A stretch of 32,000 nucleotides of DNA from Spirochaetales bacterium (GTDB lineage: Bacteria; Spirochaetota; Spirochaetia; SZUA-6; RPPD01): positions 805 through 32,804 of the forward strand of contig JAFGSW010000088.1 in the NCBI GenBank assembly GCA_016934415.1, read 5' to 3'. The notes beneath the pieces were generated by a model that had not been told where the DNA came from, searched no databases, and worked only from the letters and a program-made list of their open reading frames with translations. Position numbers and translations under genes: made by a program. The stretch's first letter is position 1; every line of letters starts with the position of its first letter. Shown piece by piece: positions 7,336 to 14,917 of the stretch.

Positions 7336-8447
7336 GTCTTTCCCCCCTTGTATTTGTAGAACGGGCGCTCCGCCACGGCGGCGACGCTTTTTTTGTACCT
7401 GCCGCGTATTTCGATCTCGTCGCCGGCCGAGAGTTTCCTGTTTTCGATGAATCCGAGACCGATCGCTTTCTCGAAACAGGGCGAGTAGGTGCCGCTCGAG
7501 ACCCAGCCCACCCGGTCGCCGCGGTCGAGGATTTCATATCCGCCGCGCGGCACGACGCGGTCGTGCATGACGAAGGCGCATAGATTCTTGACCGCCCCCT
7601 CCTCCTTTTGTTTCAGGAGGAGTTTCTTGCCAATAAAATCCTCCTTTTTGCGGTGGTGCACGGCCCAGCCTACTCCGGCCTCGACGGGCGAGATATGCTC
7701 GGAGAGCTCATGCCCGTAGAGTGAGTAGCAGGCTTCGATGCGGAGACTGTCTCTGGCGCCCAGCCCCGCCGGCTTGAGTCTTTCATCGCTTTCGATGAGG
7801 TTGTCCCAGACCTTGGCGGCGTGGGACGATTCGAAATATATCTCCAGCCCGTCCTCCCCCGTATATCCCGAGCGGGAAACGACGGCCGGCACTTCGGCGA
7901 TGCGTACTTCGACCATGCCGAAACGTTCAAGAAGAGTGAAAGGAAACACCGACGACCGGCTGGCGATCGACACCGCCGCCGGTCCCTGGATGTCCAGTTT
8001 CGCCGTCTCACCCGACAAATCCCGAATGGTGACTGAATAGCGGCTGGCATGGTCGCGGAGCCAACCCGTGTCCTTGGAGACATTGGCCGCGTTCACCACC
8101 AGCCAGTACCGGCTGCGGCTGAAGCAGTAGACGAAGCAGTCGTCCACCGTCCCGCCGTGCTCGTAGCACATCAGGGCGTAGGAACAGCGGTTGGGCGTCA
8201 CCGTCTCGAGGTCGATGGTAAGGAGTTTCTGGAGGAATGGAAGGGCATGCGTGCCGCGTATCTCGATTTCGCCCATATGGGAAACGTCGAAAAGACCGGC
8301 ATGCGTCCGGACTGCCAGGTGTTCGTCGAGAATGCCTGAGAAATAGAGGGGGAGCGACCAATCCGCGAATTCGGTCATAAAAGCGCCGAGACGCTTGTGA
8401 GTGTCGGCCAAAGGTGATTGCTTGATCGTTTTTTTATTCTGATCCAT
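7332..8447 (-). CDS. gcvT: Glycine cleavage system aminomethyltransferase T
   Basis: 371 aa. Motifs SPL...H..LGA.M..FA.W..P..Y..I..EH.AVR..AGLFDVSHMGE and SRSGYTGEDG.EI. First gene of the gcv operon. Confidence 0.9.
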   Translation of the reverse strand: MDQNKKTIKQSPLADTHKRLGAFMTEFADWSLPLYFSGILDEHLAVRTHAGLFDVSHMGEIEIRGTHALPFLQKLLTIDLETVTPNRCSYALMCYEHGGTVDDCFVYCFSRSRYWLVVNAANVSKDTGWLRDHASRYSVTIRDLSGETAKLDIQGPAAVSIASRSSVFPFTLLERFGMVEVRIAEVPAVVSRSGYTGEDGLEIYFESSHAAKVWDNLIESDERLKPAGLGARDSLRIEACYSLYGHELSEHISPVEAGVGWAVHHRKKEDFIGKKLLLKQKEEGAVKNLCAFVMHDRVVPRGGYEILDRGDRVGWVSSGTYSPCFEKAIGLGFIENRKLSAGDEIEIRGRYKKSVAAVAERPFYKYKGGKT

Positions 8448-8455
8448 TTTAGTGC

Positions 8456-8484
8456 AGTGTATCGTAATCGGGTTTTTTCCTCAA
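8456..8484 (-). promoter_or_regulatory. Candidate sigma70-type promoter directly abutting the gcvT ATG (possible leaderless mRNA)
   Basis: Minus strand: TTGAGG (8479-8484), 17-nt spacer, TACACT (8456-8461). Only 8 nt separate the -10 from the ATG at 8447, and there is no Shine-Dalgarno sequence. Confidence 0.35.
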
Positions 8485-8507
8485 GCCCTCGGTGTTTCGG
8501 GGCCCGC

Positions 8508-8535
8508 TTGACACCAAAAGGCGGATTTATAAAAT
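8508..8535 (+). promoter_or_regulatory. Sigma70-type promoter for the DUF1015 gene
   Basis: TTGACA (8508-8513), 16-nt spacer, TAAAAT (8530-8535). A GAAAGGAAA ribosome-binding site follows, before the ATG at 8565. Confidence 0.5.
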
Positions 8536-8564
8536 AAGGCCTGCGAGAAAAGAAAGGAAAACCG

Positions 8565-9908
8565 ATGGAACAACCTGTCAATGACGTGAGAGCGTTCCGG
8601 GCGCTCCATTACAATCCGGCCCGCGTGAAGGATATCGGAGCTTGTCTCTCCCAGCCGTACGACGTCATCTCGCCGGCCGCCCAGGCCGAGTATTACAGGC
8701 GGGACGAGCACAATGTCATCCGCCTCATTCTGGGGGTGATCGAAAAAACGGACGACGAACGAAATAACCGCTACGCTCGGGCGGCGGACTTCCTTGAGTC
8801 GTGGAAACGGGAGGGCGTGCTTACCACATCGGAAAGGCCTTCTTTTTTCGCGTACGAGCAGACGTTCAGCCTGCCGGGCGGCGAGTCGAAGAAGCTGTCG
8901 GGATTCATAGGCCTGGTGCGCCTGTCGGCCTACGGCGAAGGCAAAGTCCTTCCGCACGAGCTCGTGATGAAAAAACCAGTTCAGGATCGCGTGGCTCTCA
9001 CCCGCGCCACCCGGACCCAGTTCGAGTACATTTGGGGGATGTACCGGGATCCGGCCGGAACCATCGACGGTCTTCTCGGGGAAGCGGCCGGCGGGAACTC
9101 GCTCATCGATTACACGGAGCCCGCTACCGGTGTCAGGCACGCCATGTACCGCATCGCGGATGCGGGACAGTGCCGCGCCGTGGAAGAGGCGATGAGGGAC
9201 AAGAAGATTTACATCGCCGACGGCCATCACCGTTACCAAACCATGCTCGACGTTCGGGACGAGTTCAGGCGCACGTACCCCGACGCGGGGCCGGACGCCC
9301 CGTGGGAATTTATCATGATGTTCCTCGTCAACTCGAGCCACCCCGGACTCGCCATCCTTCCCACCCACCGACTTCTTCACGGCTGTTCCGATCAGGCGAT
9401 CGAAACCCTGAGACGCGAGCTGCCGAAGCGATTTTCCGTCGAGCGGTATCCGTTCAAGGAAGCCGACGAGCGGGAGGTGCGCGCTCGCTGGCTGGCAGCT
9501 GTCGAAACAAAGAGAGGGCCCGCCATCGGCGTCGCCATCCGGCCGGATCGGGAGTATTTGCTTATCGAGCTTTCCGACGCCGCGGCGTATCGGGCTTCGG
9601 TAAGTGAAAACGCGACCGACGAATGGAAAATGCTCGACGTCAACGTCCTCAATATTCTCGTCCTGAGGGAAATATTGGGGTTCACCGACGAAATGATGTC
9701 GCTTCAGAGCAATATCGAATACTGCAAAGACGCGGATGACGCGCTCGGGCGCGTCGGTTCGGGCGAAGCGCAGGCGGCGTTTATCCTCAAGGGAACTCCG
9801 CTTTCTTCCGTCCTGGCGGTAGCCGACGCGGACGAAAAAATGCCGCGTAAATCGACCTTTTTTTATCCCAAGCCGCTCTCGGGGTTGGTGTTCTACGAGA
9901 TGCGGTAG
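8565..9908 (+). CDS. DUF1015 domain-containing protein
   Basis: 447 aa. Family hallmarks: FRALHYN......I....SQPYDVIS near the N-terminus, HE..MKKP..DR..L.RAT..QFE, and the invariant IADGHHRYQT. Confidence 0.75.
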   Translation: MEQPVNDVRAFRALHYNPARVKDIGACLSQPYDVISPAAQAEYYRRDEHNVIRLILGVIEKTDDERNNRYARAADFLESWKREGVLTTSERPSFFAYEQTFSLPGGESKKLSGFIGLVRLSAYGEGKVLPHELVMKKPVQDRVALTRATRTQFEYIWGMYRDPAGTIDGLLGEAAGGNSLIDYTEPATGVRHAMYRIADAGQCRAVEEAMRDKKIYIADGHHRYQTMLDVRDEFRRTYPDAGPDAPWEFIMMFLVNSSHPGLAILPTHRLLHGCSDQAIETLRRELPKRFSVERYPFKEADEREVRARWLAAVETKRGPAIGVAIRPDREYLLIELSDAAAYRASVSENATDEWKMLDVNVLNILVLREILGFTDEMMSLQSNIEYCKDADDALGRVGSGEAQAAFILKGTPLSSVLAVADADEKMPRKSTFFYPKPLSGLVFYEMR

Positions 9909-10021
9909 CGATCGCTTTGTAGCAGCCGGACAAGGAGAAAAAAATTGATATTTTTCAAAAGCTTTCTCTTTTCTTTTCTCTTATCCGCTCCCATCCGCGT
10001 CATCCGTAGTTTTTCCTTTCT

Positions 10022-10385
10022 TCAGGCAATATAACCCCTCTTCATCGCTTCCTCCAGGATGGCCTGCGTGGACGAGGCGCCGATGCGGTCCGCGCCCCAG
10101 GACCGGGCGGAAAGGAGATCGTCCAGGGTTCGGATGCCGCCCGACGCCTTCACGCCGACCGACGGGGGGCAGGAAGTGCGCATCAACCTGACCGCATGCT
10201 CGGTGGCACCGCCGGCCGCGTATGTGCCGTCCGCCCGCTTCACGAACCCGAAACCGGTCGACGTCGTCCCAGTCCCCGCCCAGCACTTTCCCGAGAGTGA
10301 CCACCGAATCGATCTCCGTACCGAAAGTCATATTGACAGCGTGGGTGTTTCCCTTCATTCTGTGGAATGTCATTCCATTGCACAA
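10022..10385 (-). pseudogene. deoC: Decayed deoxyribose-phosphate aldolase (deoC) remnant
   Basis: One frame (10022-10252) encodes the DeoC C-terminus: FVKRADG...GGAT...V.LMR.....VGVKASGGIRT......GA.RIGASS. A different frame (10257-10331) encodes GTEIDSVVTLGKVLGGDWDDV, which resembles the GA.EIDMVINIG.L..GDW..V segment. The ~55 aa between them, including the Schiff-base lysine segment, and the N-terminal ~70 aa are missing. Confidence 0.6.
10333..10361 (+). promoter_or_regulatory. Candidate sigma70-type promoter for the FHA/basic-tail gene, embedded in the deoC remnant
   Basis: TTGACA (10333-10338), 17-nt spacer, CATTCT (10356-10361). Confidence 0.35.
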
Positions 10386-10399
10386 AGAAAGGAGCGATA

Positions 10400-10936
10400 A
10401 TGAATTTCCAGACGGTTATTTCCAGGAAAACGCCGAAAACGAGAAGGCCGGTGGAAAAGCGGCTTTTCTTCATTTCCTCCTCGCTCAAGAAGAAACCGAT
10501 TGAGCTCAAGAAAAACAAAAAGTTCACCATCGGGCGATCGTCTAAAAATTCCCTACGCGTCAATGAGGGGACGGTGTCCGATCGGCACGCCTCGATCAAG
10601 TGGGAAAAATCGTCCTTTAAAATCACGGATAATCGGTCGACCAACGGAACGTTCGTCAACGGTCGGAGGATATCGGGCGTGGCCGTTCTCAAGCCCGGCG
10701 ACAAAATCAGGCTCGGGAAATTCGTGCTCACCTTCACAAGCAAGAAAGTCCGCGAGAAGCAGGCGCCGTCACCGAAGAAAAAAACCGCGAAAAAGACCGG
10801 CACGGCGCGCACCGCGAAAAAAGCGCGATCGCGGAAATCGGCAGGGCGAAAAACGGCCCGCCGAAAGGCGGCCCGTAAAAAAATCGCACACCGCATCCTC
10901 CGCCGGGATCGGGCGGTCACCCGCATACGTTTTTAA
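10400..10936 (+). CDS. FHA domain protein with a Lys/Arg/Ala-rich (histone H1-like) C-terminal tail
   Basis: Start at the ATG at 10400, with AAAGGAG 6 nt upstream. FHA core: FTIGRSSKNSLRVNEGTVSDRHASI......F.ITDN.STNGTFVNG..I......L.PGD.I.LGKFVL.F. The last ~65 aa are strongly basic (KKKTAKKTGTARTAKKARSRKSAGRKTARRKAARKK). Confidence 0.8.
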   Translation: MNFQTVISRKTPKTRRPVEKRLFFISSSLKKKPIELKKNKKFTIGRSSKNSLRVNEGTVSDRHASIKWEKSSFKITDNRSTNGTFVNGRRISGVAVLKPGDKIRLGKFVLTFTSKKVREKQAPSPKKKTAKKTGTARTAKKARSRKSAGRKTARRKAARKKIAHRILRRDRAVTRIRF

Positions 10937-10937
10937 T

Positions 10938-11906
10938 TCATTGCCAGAGGTGCTTGAGGAATTTCAGCTGTTCAATCGCCTGGAAGCTTTGCCCGCCTTC
11001 ATGGTGATTGAAACGCCACACGCGGATGCTTTTTTCTCCGGCGTAATGGTTATAAGCGGCGAAGACGGTGCGCGGGGGACAGATCTCGTCCTGGAGGGCT
11101 GTCGAAAACAAAGCCGGACAACGGGCGCGGCTCGCGAAGTGCATGACGTCGAAATATTCCAACGTCTCGAACACCTTCTCCTCGAGGTCCCTGTGCACCT
11201 GGCAGTATTTCACGATTTCCTGGTATGGGAAGGCGTCCGTCACCTCGACGGCGGCGCGGATATTGCATAGAAAGGGCACGTCGGGCAGGACGGCGGACAG
11301 GTCGGGCACGAGTCCGGCCACGGCCAGCGCGATGCCGCCGCCTTGGCTGCCGCCGCCGGCGGCCACCCGCTTTCCGTCTATTCGTTCGTGCGAACGCGCG
11401 ACCTCAACGGCGCGCACCGCGTCCGTGAACACCCTCCGGTAATAGTACGTGCCGGGACTCAAGATACCGCGGGTCATAAAGCCCGGAAAGTGAGGGTTTG
11501 AGCCGTCGGGCTCGGGATCGCCGGTGTCGCCCGGCGACCAGCCGCTCCCCTGTCCGCGCGTATCCATGACCAGCTCGGCGTAGCCGGCCGAGCACCACAT
11601 AAGATGGTCGATGGGAAGCGAGCGTCCCCCGCCGTAACCCAGGAACGTGATGACGCAGGGGAGTCGGTCCGTGGTTTTTCGGGGCAGCATGAGCCAACCC
11701 TTGATCGGATGTCCGCCGTAACCCGCGAACGTGACGTCGAACGCCTCGACGAGCTTCAGGCCGATGTCAACAGGTTCGAATTTTACCTGCAGGGGAAAAC
11801 GGCCGGCGGCACTCAGAGTTTCCCCCCAGAAACGCTCGAAGTCTTTCGGTTCGACGCGAGCAGGCTTATACGTTTTAAGTTGATCCAAGGGCATATCTAA
11901 AAACAT
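10938..11906 (-). CDS. Acetyl xylan esterase / cephalosporin-C deacetylase family (CE7, AXE1)
   Basis: Start at the ATG at 11906 (MFLDMPLDQLKTYKP...EPKDFERFW..TL), matching the characteristic CE7 N-terminus. Nucleophile motif GGSQGGG. About 322 aa, typical for the family. Confidence 0.8.
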   Translation of the reverse strand: MFLDMPLDQLKTYKPARVEPKDFERFWGETLSAAGRFPLQVKFEPVDIGLKLVEAFDVTFAGYGGHPIKGWLMLPRKTTDRLPCVITFLGYGGGRSLPIDHLMWCSAGYAELVMDTRGQGSGWSPGDTGDPEPDGSNPHFPGFMTRGILSPGTYYYRRVFTDAVRAVEVARSHERIDGKRVAAGGGSQGGGIALAVAGLVPDLSAVLPDVPFLCNIRAAVEVTDAFPYQEIVKYCQVHRDLEEKVFETLEYFDVMHFASRARCPALFSTALQDEICPPRTVFAAYNHYAGEKSIRVWRFNHHEGGQSFQAIEQLKFLKHLWQ

Positions 11907-11940
11907 GGGAAATCCTTTCCGGAATTCACGCTCGCGATAC

Positions 11941-11969
11941 ATCTTACGGTGCGAAAGGTAATTGCGCAA
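11941..11969 (-). promoter_or_regulatory. Candidate sigma70-type promoter for the CE7 esterase gene
   Basis: Minus strand: TTGCGC (11964-11969), 17-nt spacer, TAAGAT (11941-11946). Confidence 0.35.
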
Positions 11970-12019
11970 GCCTCTTTCGCAGTCTATTGAAAAACCGAAA
12001 GCTATTTTCCAACAACCTG

Positions 12020-12709
12020 TTAAGGCGCCGCGGTCCGCTCACGGAGGCTGTCCGCGAGCCGGATAATCCGCTCGATGTCTTCTTCCCTGAAGCGGTCAAC
12101 GACGAGATCGGCGGCTGAAAGATCCTGATCCCCCGAATTGGGGTTTTTAAAGCCGATGCTCGTCATGCCCGCCGCCGCGGCTCCCTCGAGGCCGCGCGGC
12201 GAGTCCTCGATCACGAGACAGCGCGACGGGGAGACGCCGGCACGGCGCGCGGCCTCGAGGAAAATGTCCGGGTGCGGCTTGCCGTGCGCGACGTCATCTC
12301 CGCTGACCGTAACCGGGAAGAATCCGGCCAGGCCGGCCTTGGCCAACGTCAGCTCGATCACTCGCCGGGGAGAAGACGAAGCGATCGCCAGGGCCGCACC
12401 GCTCGTTTTCAGCCGTTCGATGAGCGTCATAACGCCCGCAATGGGTTCGAGCGAGGGCAGGGCGGCCAGGCGGCGGAAATGCGTCTCATACTCAAGCTGG
12501 ATGAGCTCCTCCACCGACTGCTTCAGGCGGAATCGGGATATTAGCTCCTCCCACATGCGTCGCGCCGAGATGCCGACGAAATGTACGTACTCTTCGGCGG
12601 GCAAAGCGAATCCCAATTCGCCGAAGACCCGTTTGTTGTTTTCGAGGTAATAGGGCTCGGTGTCCACCAGGACGCCGTCCATGTCGAAAATGACCGCTTG
12701 TTCAATCAT
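12020..12709 (-). CDS. HAD-superfamily hydrolase (beta-phosphoglucomutase/phosphatase-like, subfamily IA)
   Basis: Start at the ATG at 12709 (MIEQAVIFDMDGVLVDTEP, HAD motif I DxDGV). Later motifs are ASSS (motif II) and GKP.PDIFL.AA......P..CLVIEDS..G (motifs III/IV). Confidence 0.8.
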   Translation of the reverse strand: MIEQAVIFDMDGVLVDTEPYYLENNKRVFGELGFALPAEEYVHFVGISARRMWEELISRFRLKQSVEELIQLEYETHFRRLAALPSLEPIAGVMTLIERLKTSGAALAIASSSPRRVIELTLAKAGLAGFFPVTVSGDDVAHGKPHPDIFLEAARRAGVSPSRCLVIEDSPRGLEGAAAAGMTSIGFKNPNSGDQDLSAADLVVDRFREEDIERIIRLADSLRERTAAP

Positions 12710-12814
12710 GCAATCGATTCCTGCATCTCGCGCATTTTTCGGAACAGACCCCTTCGCGCGGAACAACCATCCAAGTGATACGGGATTATGTTTTTTTCGT
12801 CAAGCGGCGGTTAC

Positions 12815-12843
12815 TTGTCATCCTTCACGAATCGAATTATAGT
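12815..12843 (+). promoter_or_regulatory. Sigma70-type promoter for the MetRS-like gene
   Basis: TTGTCA (12815-12820), 17-nt spacer, TATAGT (12838-12843). The leader to the ATG at 12898 is ~50 nt, with an AAGGATAAGGA ribosome-binding site. Confidence 0.5.
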
Positions 12844-12897
12844 ACGGGCAGTCATAAATTTTTGCCGAACGTGACTCGGTGCAAAGGATAAGGATAT

Positions 12898-14901
12898 ATG
12901 GAACGACAACCGACCGGCGGGGACCGGCCTCCCTTCCCCAAGCGCGTTTGTATCACGGCTGGCATGCCCAATGGGAACAAGGAGCTTGGATTCCACCACG
13001 TGGGCGGTTACTTCGTCCACGCCGACGCTTTCGCCCGCTTCATGCGCGACCGGATCGGCAATGAGAACGTACTCTTCGTCTCCGGTACCGATTGCTTCGG
13101 TTCGCCCATCGTCGAGTCCCACCGACGCGTCGCCGCGGAAGGCGCATTCGAAGGCGATGTGGAAGACTTCGTCAGGTCGAACCACAAGCTCCAGGTGAAG
13201 TGCCTGAACGATTATCATATCGCGCCCGATTTCTTCGGCGCCTCTGCGCTCGATCCCGCCCGGGATGTCCACCGCGCTTTGGGGGCGGAAATATTTCGCA
13301 CGCTTCATGCCAATGGCCGCCTGCTGAAGATCACCACCCGGCAGTTTTACGACGAGGAGGCGGGAACGTTCCTCAACGGCCGCCAGGTCGAGGGACGTTG
13401 CCCCATCCAGGGGTGCGCTTCGGAGAAGGGGTACGCCGATGAGTGCGCCCTCGGTCACCCTTACGAGCCGCAAGAGCTCATCGATCCGGTAAGCACCCTC
13501 ACCGGAAAGCGGCCGGGTATGCGCGACGTGAGCAACTGGTATCTGAGGCTCCCCGATTTCCGTCAGGTCCTCCGCGACTGGGTGGCGGCCGCCGAGCGCC
13601 TGCCCGTCAGCCGCGATTCCGCGCTCAAAGCCATCCTCGAATTCCTGGAGCCGCCCGCCGTTCACGTGAAAAAGGAGCATCTGGAGACGCTCGACGCCCT
13701 TCACCAGGTTCTTCCGCCCCACACCCGCACCGAAGGGGCCGGAAAATCCGTCAAGCTCGTGTTTGAAAGCCTGGAGGAGCGCGAGCGGGCATGCGCCCTT
13801 TTCACCTCCAACAGGATCCGCTTCCGCACCGGCAAGACCCTTGTCCCGTTCCGGCTCACCGGCAATTTGGAATGGGGCGTACCCGTACCCGAGATCGAGG
13901 GGACGTCCGGTCTTACCTTCTGGGTCTGGCCTGAATCGCTCTGGGCTCCCATCTCATTCACCCAGACCTGGCTTGAAATACATGGGCGGAGCCGTGACGA
14001 ATGGAAAGAGTGGTGGTGCTCGCCGGATTCATGCGTCGTCCAGTTTATCGGACAGGACAACGTATACTTCTACGGCCCGGCCGAAATGGCGATTTTCATG
14101 GGGATGCAAACGGGCGCGCCGAGCGCCGACGTGCCTCCGGGCCAGATTCGGCTGCCGGAGCTCATCGTCAACAACCACATCCTCTATATGGACAAGAAGG
14201 CCTCCTCGAGCGGCGCGGTGAAGCCGCCCACGGCCCTCGAGCTCCTCGATCACTACACCGCCGACCAGCTGCGTGCCCACTTTTTCAGTCTCGGTTTGGG
14301 CCTGCGCAGCGTCAGTTTCCGGCCGCTGGCTCTGAACCCAGCGCCGGACGCGCGCATCGGCGACCCGGTTTTAAAGGAAGGCAACCTGCTCTCGAACGTT
14401 TTCAACCGCGCCGTACGCACCTGTTTCTACACCCTGCAGAAGTATTTCGGCGGGAAGCTGCCTGCCGGCGAGGCGAGCCCCGAGATCGTCTCTGAAGGCG
14501 AGGAAACGATTCTAAAATACGAGGGGACGATGTATCGGCGCGAGTTCCACCTGACGGCCGCCCTGCTCGATTCCTACGTCCGGAACATCACCAAATATTG
14601 GGACAAGACGATCCGCGAGGCGACGGAGGCTGAAGATGATCCGGCGCGCGTGCGCGCCCTGCTTGACGCCTTCCATATGGTGCGGGTGGCGGTGGTGCTC
14701 CTCCACCCGATCGCGCCCGAGGGGTGCGAGATGATACGCGAGTACCTGAACGTGGGCGAGGAGTTCTGGAGCTGGGCCCGTATCTTCGATCCCCTGCAGG
14801 CCTTCCTCGGTCCCGACCCGGCGCGGCATGAGTTCAAATTCCTCGAACCGCGGGTGGACTTCTTCAAAAAGCATCCGAGCCAGGTGCGGGGCGGGGGGTG
14901 A
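12898..14901 (+). CDS. Class I aminoacyl-tRNA synthetase family protein, methionyl-tRNA synthetase-like, with divergent signature motifs
   Basis: 667 aa. MetRS-like layout: P.NG...(HIGH position reads GFHHVGG)...ADAFARF.R..G..V.FVSGTDCFG.PI. The connective-peptide knuckle is GRCPIQGC.....YADECALGH...P.ELIDP, followed by WGVPVP. The KMSKS position reads KKASSSG, followed by D.LR..F. Confidence 0.7.
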   Translation: MERQPTGGDRPPFPKRVCITAGMPNGNKELGFHHVGGYFVHADAFARFMRDRIGNENVLFVSGTDCFGSPIVESHRRVAAEGAFEGDVEDFVRSNHKLQVKCLNDYHIAPDFFGASALDPARDVHRALGAEIFRTLHANGRLLKITTRQFYDEEAGTFLNGRQVEGRCPIQGCASEKGYADECALGHPYEPQELIDPVSTLTGKRPGMRDVSNWYLRLPDFRQVLRDWVAAAERLPVSRDSALKAILEFLEPPAVHVKKEHLETLDALHQVLPPHTRTEGAGKSVKLVFESLEERERACALFTSNRIRFRTGKTLVPFRLTGNLEWGVPVPEIEGTSGLTFWVWPESLWAPISFTQTWLEIHGRSRDEWKEWWCSPDSCVVQFIGQDNVYFYGPAEMAIFMGMQTGAPSADVPPGQIRLPELIVNNHILYMDKKASSSGAVKPPTALELLDHYTADQLRAHFFSLGLGLRSVSFRPLALNPAPDARIGDPVLKEGNLLSNVFNRAVRTCFYTLQKYFGGKLPAGEASPEIVSEGEETILKYEGTMYRREFHLTAALLDSYVRNITKYWDKTIREATEAEDDPARVRALLDAFHMVRVAVVLLHPIAPEGCEMIREYLNVGEEFWSWARIFDPLQAFLGPDPARHEFKFLEPRVDFFKKHPSQVRGGG

Positions 14902-14917
14902 GACCGGCCTCGGGCCG

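Noticed and set aside
8448-8564. A possible glycine riboswitch upstream of gcvT
   Set aside because: Only a short CACCGAGGGC resemblance to the aptamer core is present. The conserved GGAGAG/CTCTGGAGAG elements are absent. The 117-nt spacer must also hold two divergent promoters, which leaves no room for even a single ~100-nt aptamer.
8481-9380. A 299-aa minus-strand ORF opposite the DUF1015 gene. Similar antisense or overlapping ORFs occur at 12811-13722, 14828-15772, 5996-6733, 4473-5264, 4795-5607, 2506-3285, 27049-27837 and 25769-26434
   Set aside because: All overlap genes with strong family signatures on the other strand or in another frame. Their products are Arg/Pro/Gly-rich with no motifs, and none has an RBS in a sensible position.
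9908-9915. GCGATCGC (a HIP1-like octamer palindrome), also seen near 10828, 15640 and 25836
   Set aside because: Four copies in 32 kb is only a few-fold above a rough expectation of about 1 for this base composition. Three of the four are inside genes. This is insufficient to claim an iterated-palindrome system.
10244-10264. A TSTGFGF peptide that resembles the DeoC FVKTSTGF motif
   Set aside because: The same nucleotides encode GGDWDDV in the other frame, which aligns better with DeoC. The true FVK motif equivalent is FVKRADGTY immediately downstream. The TSTGF match is coincidental.
12844-12897. A T-box or other leader regulating the MetRS-like gene
   Set aside because: The predicted leader is only ~50 nt. 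That is far shorter than a T-box (about 200 nt or more), and no specifier-loop or T-box sequence is visible.
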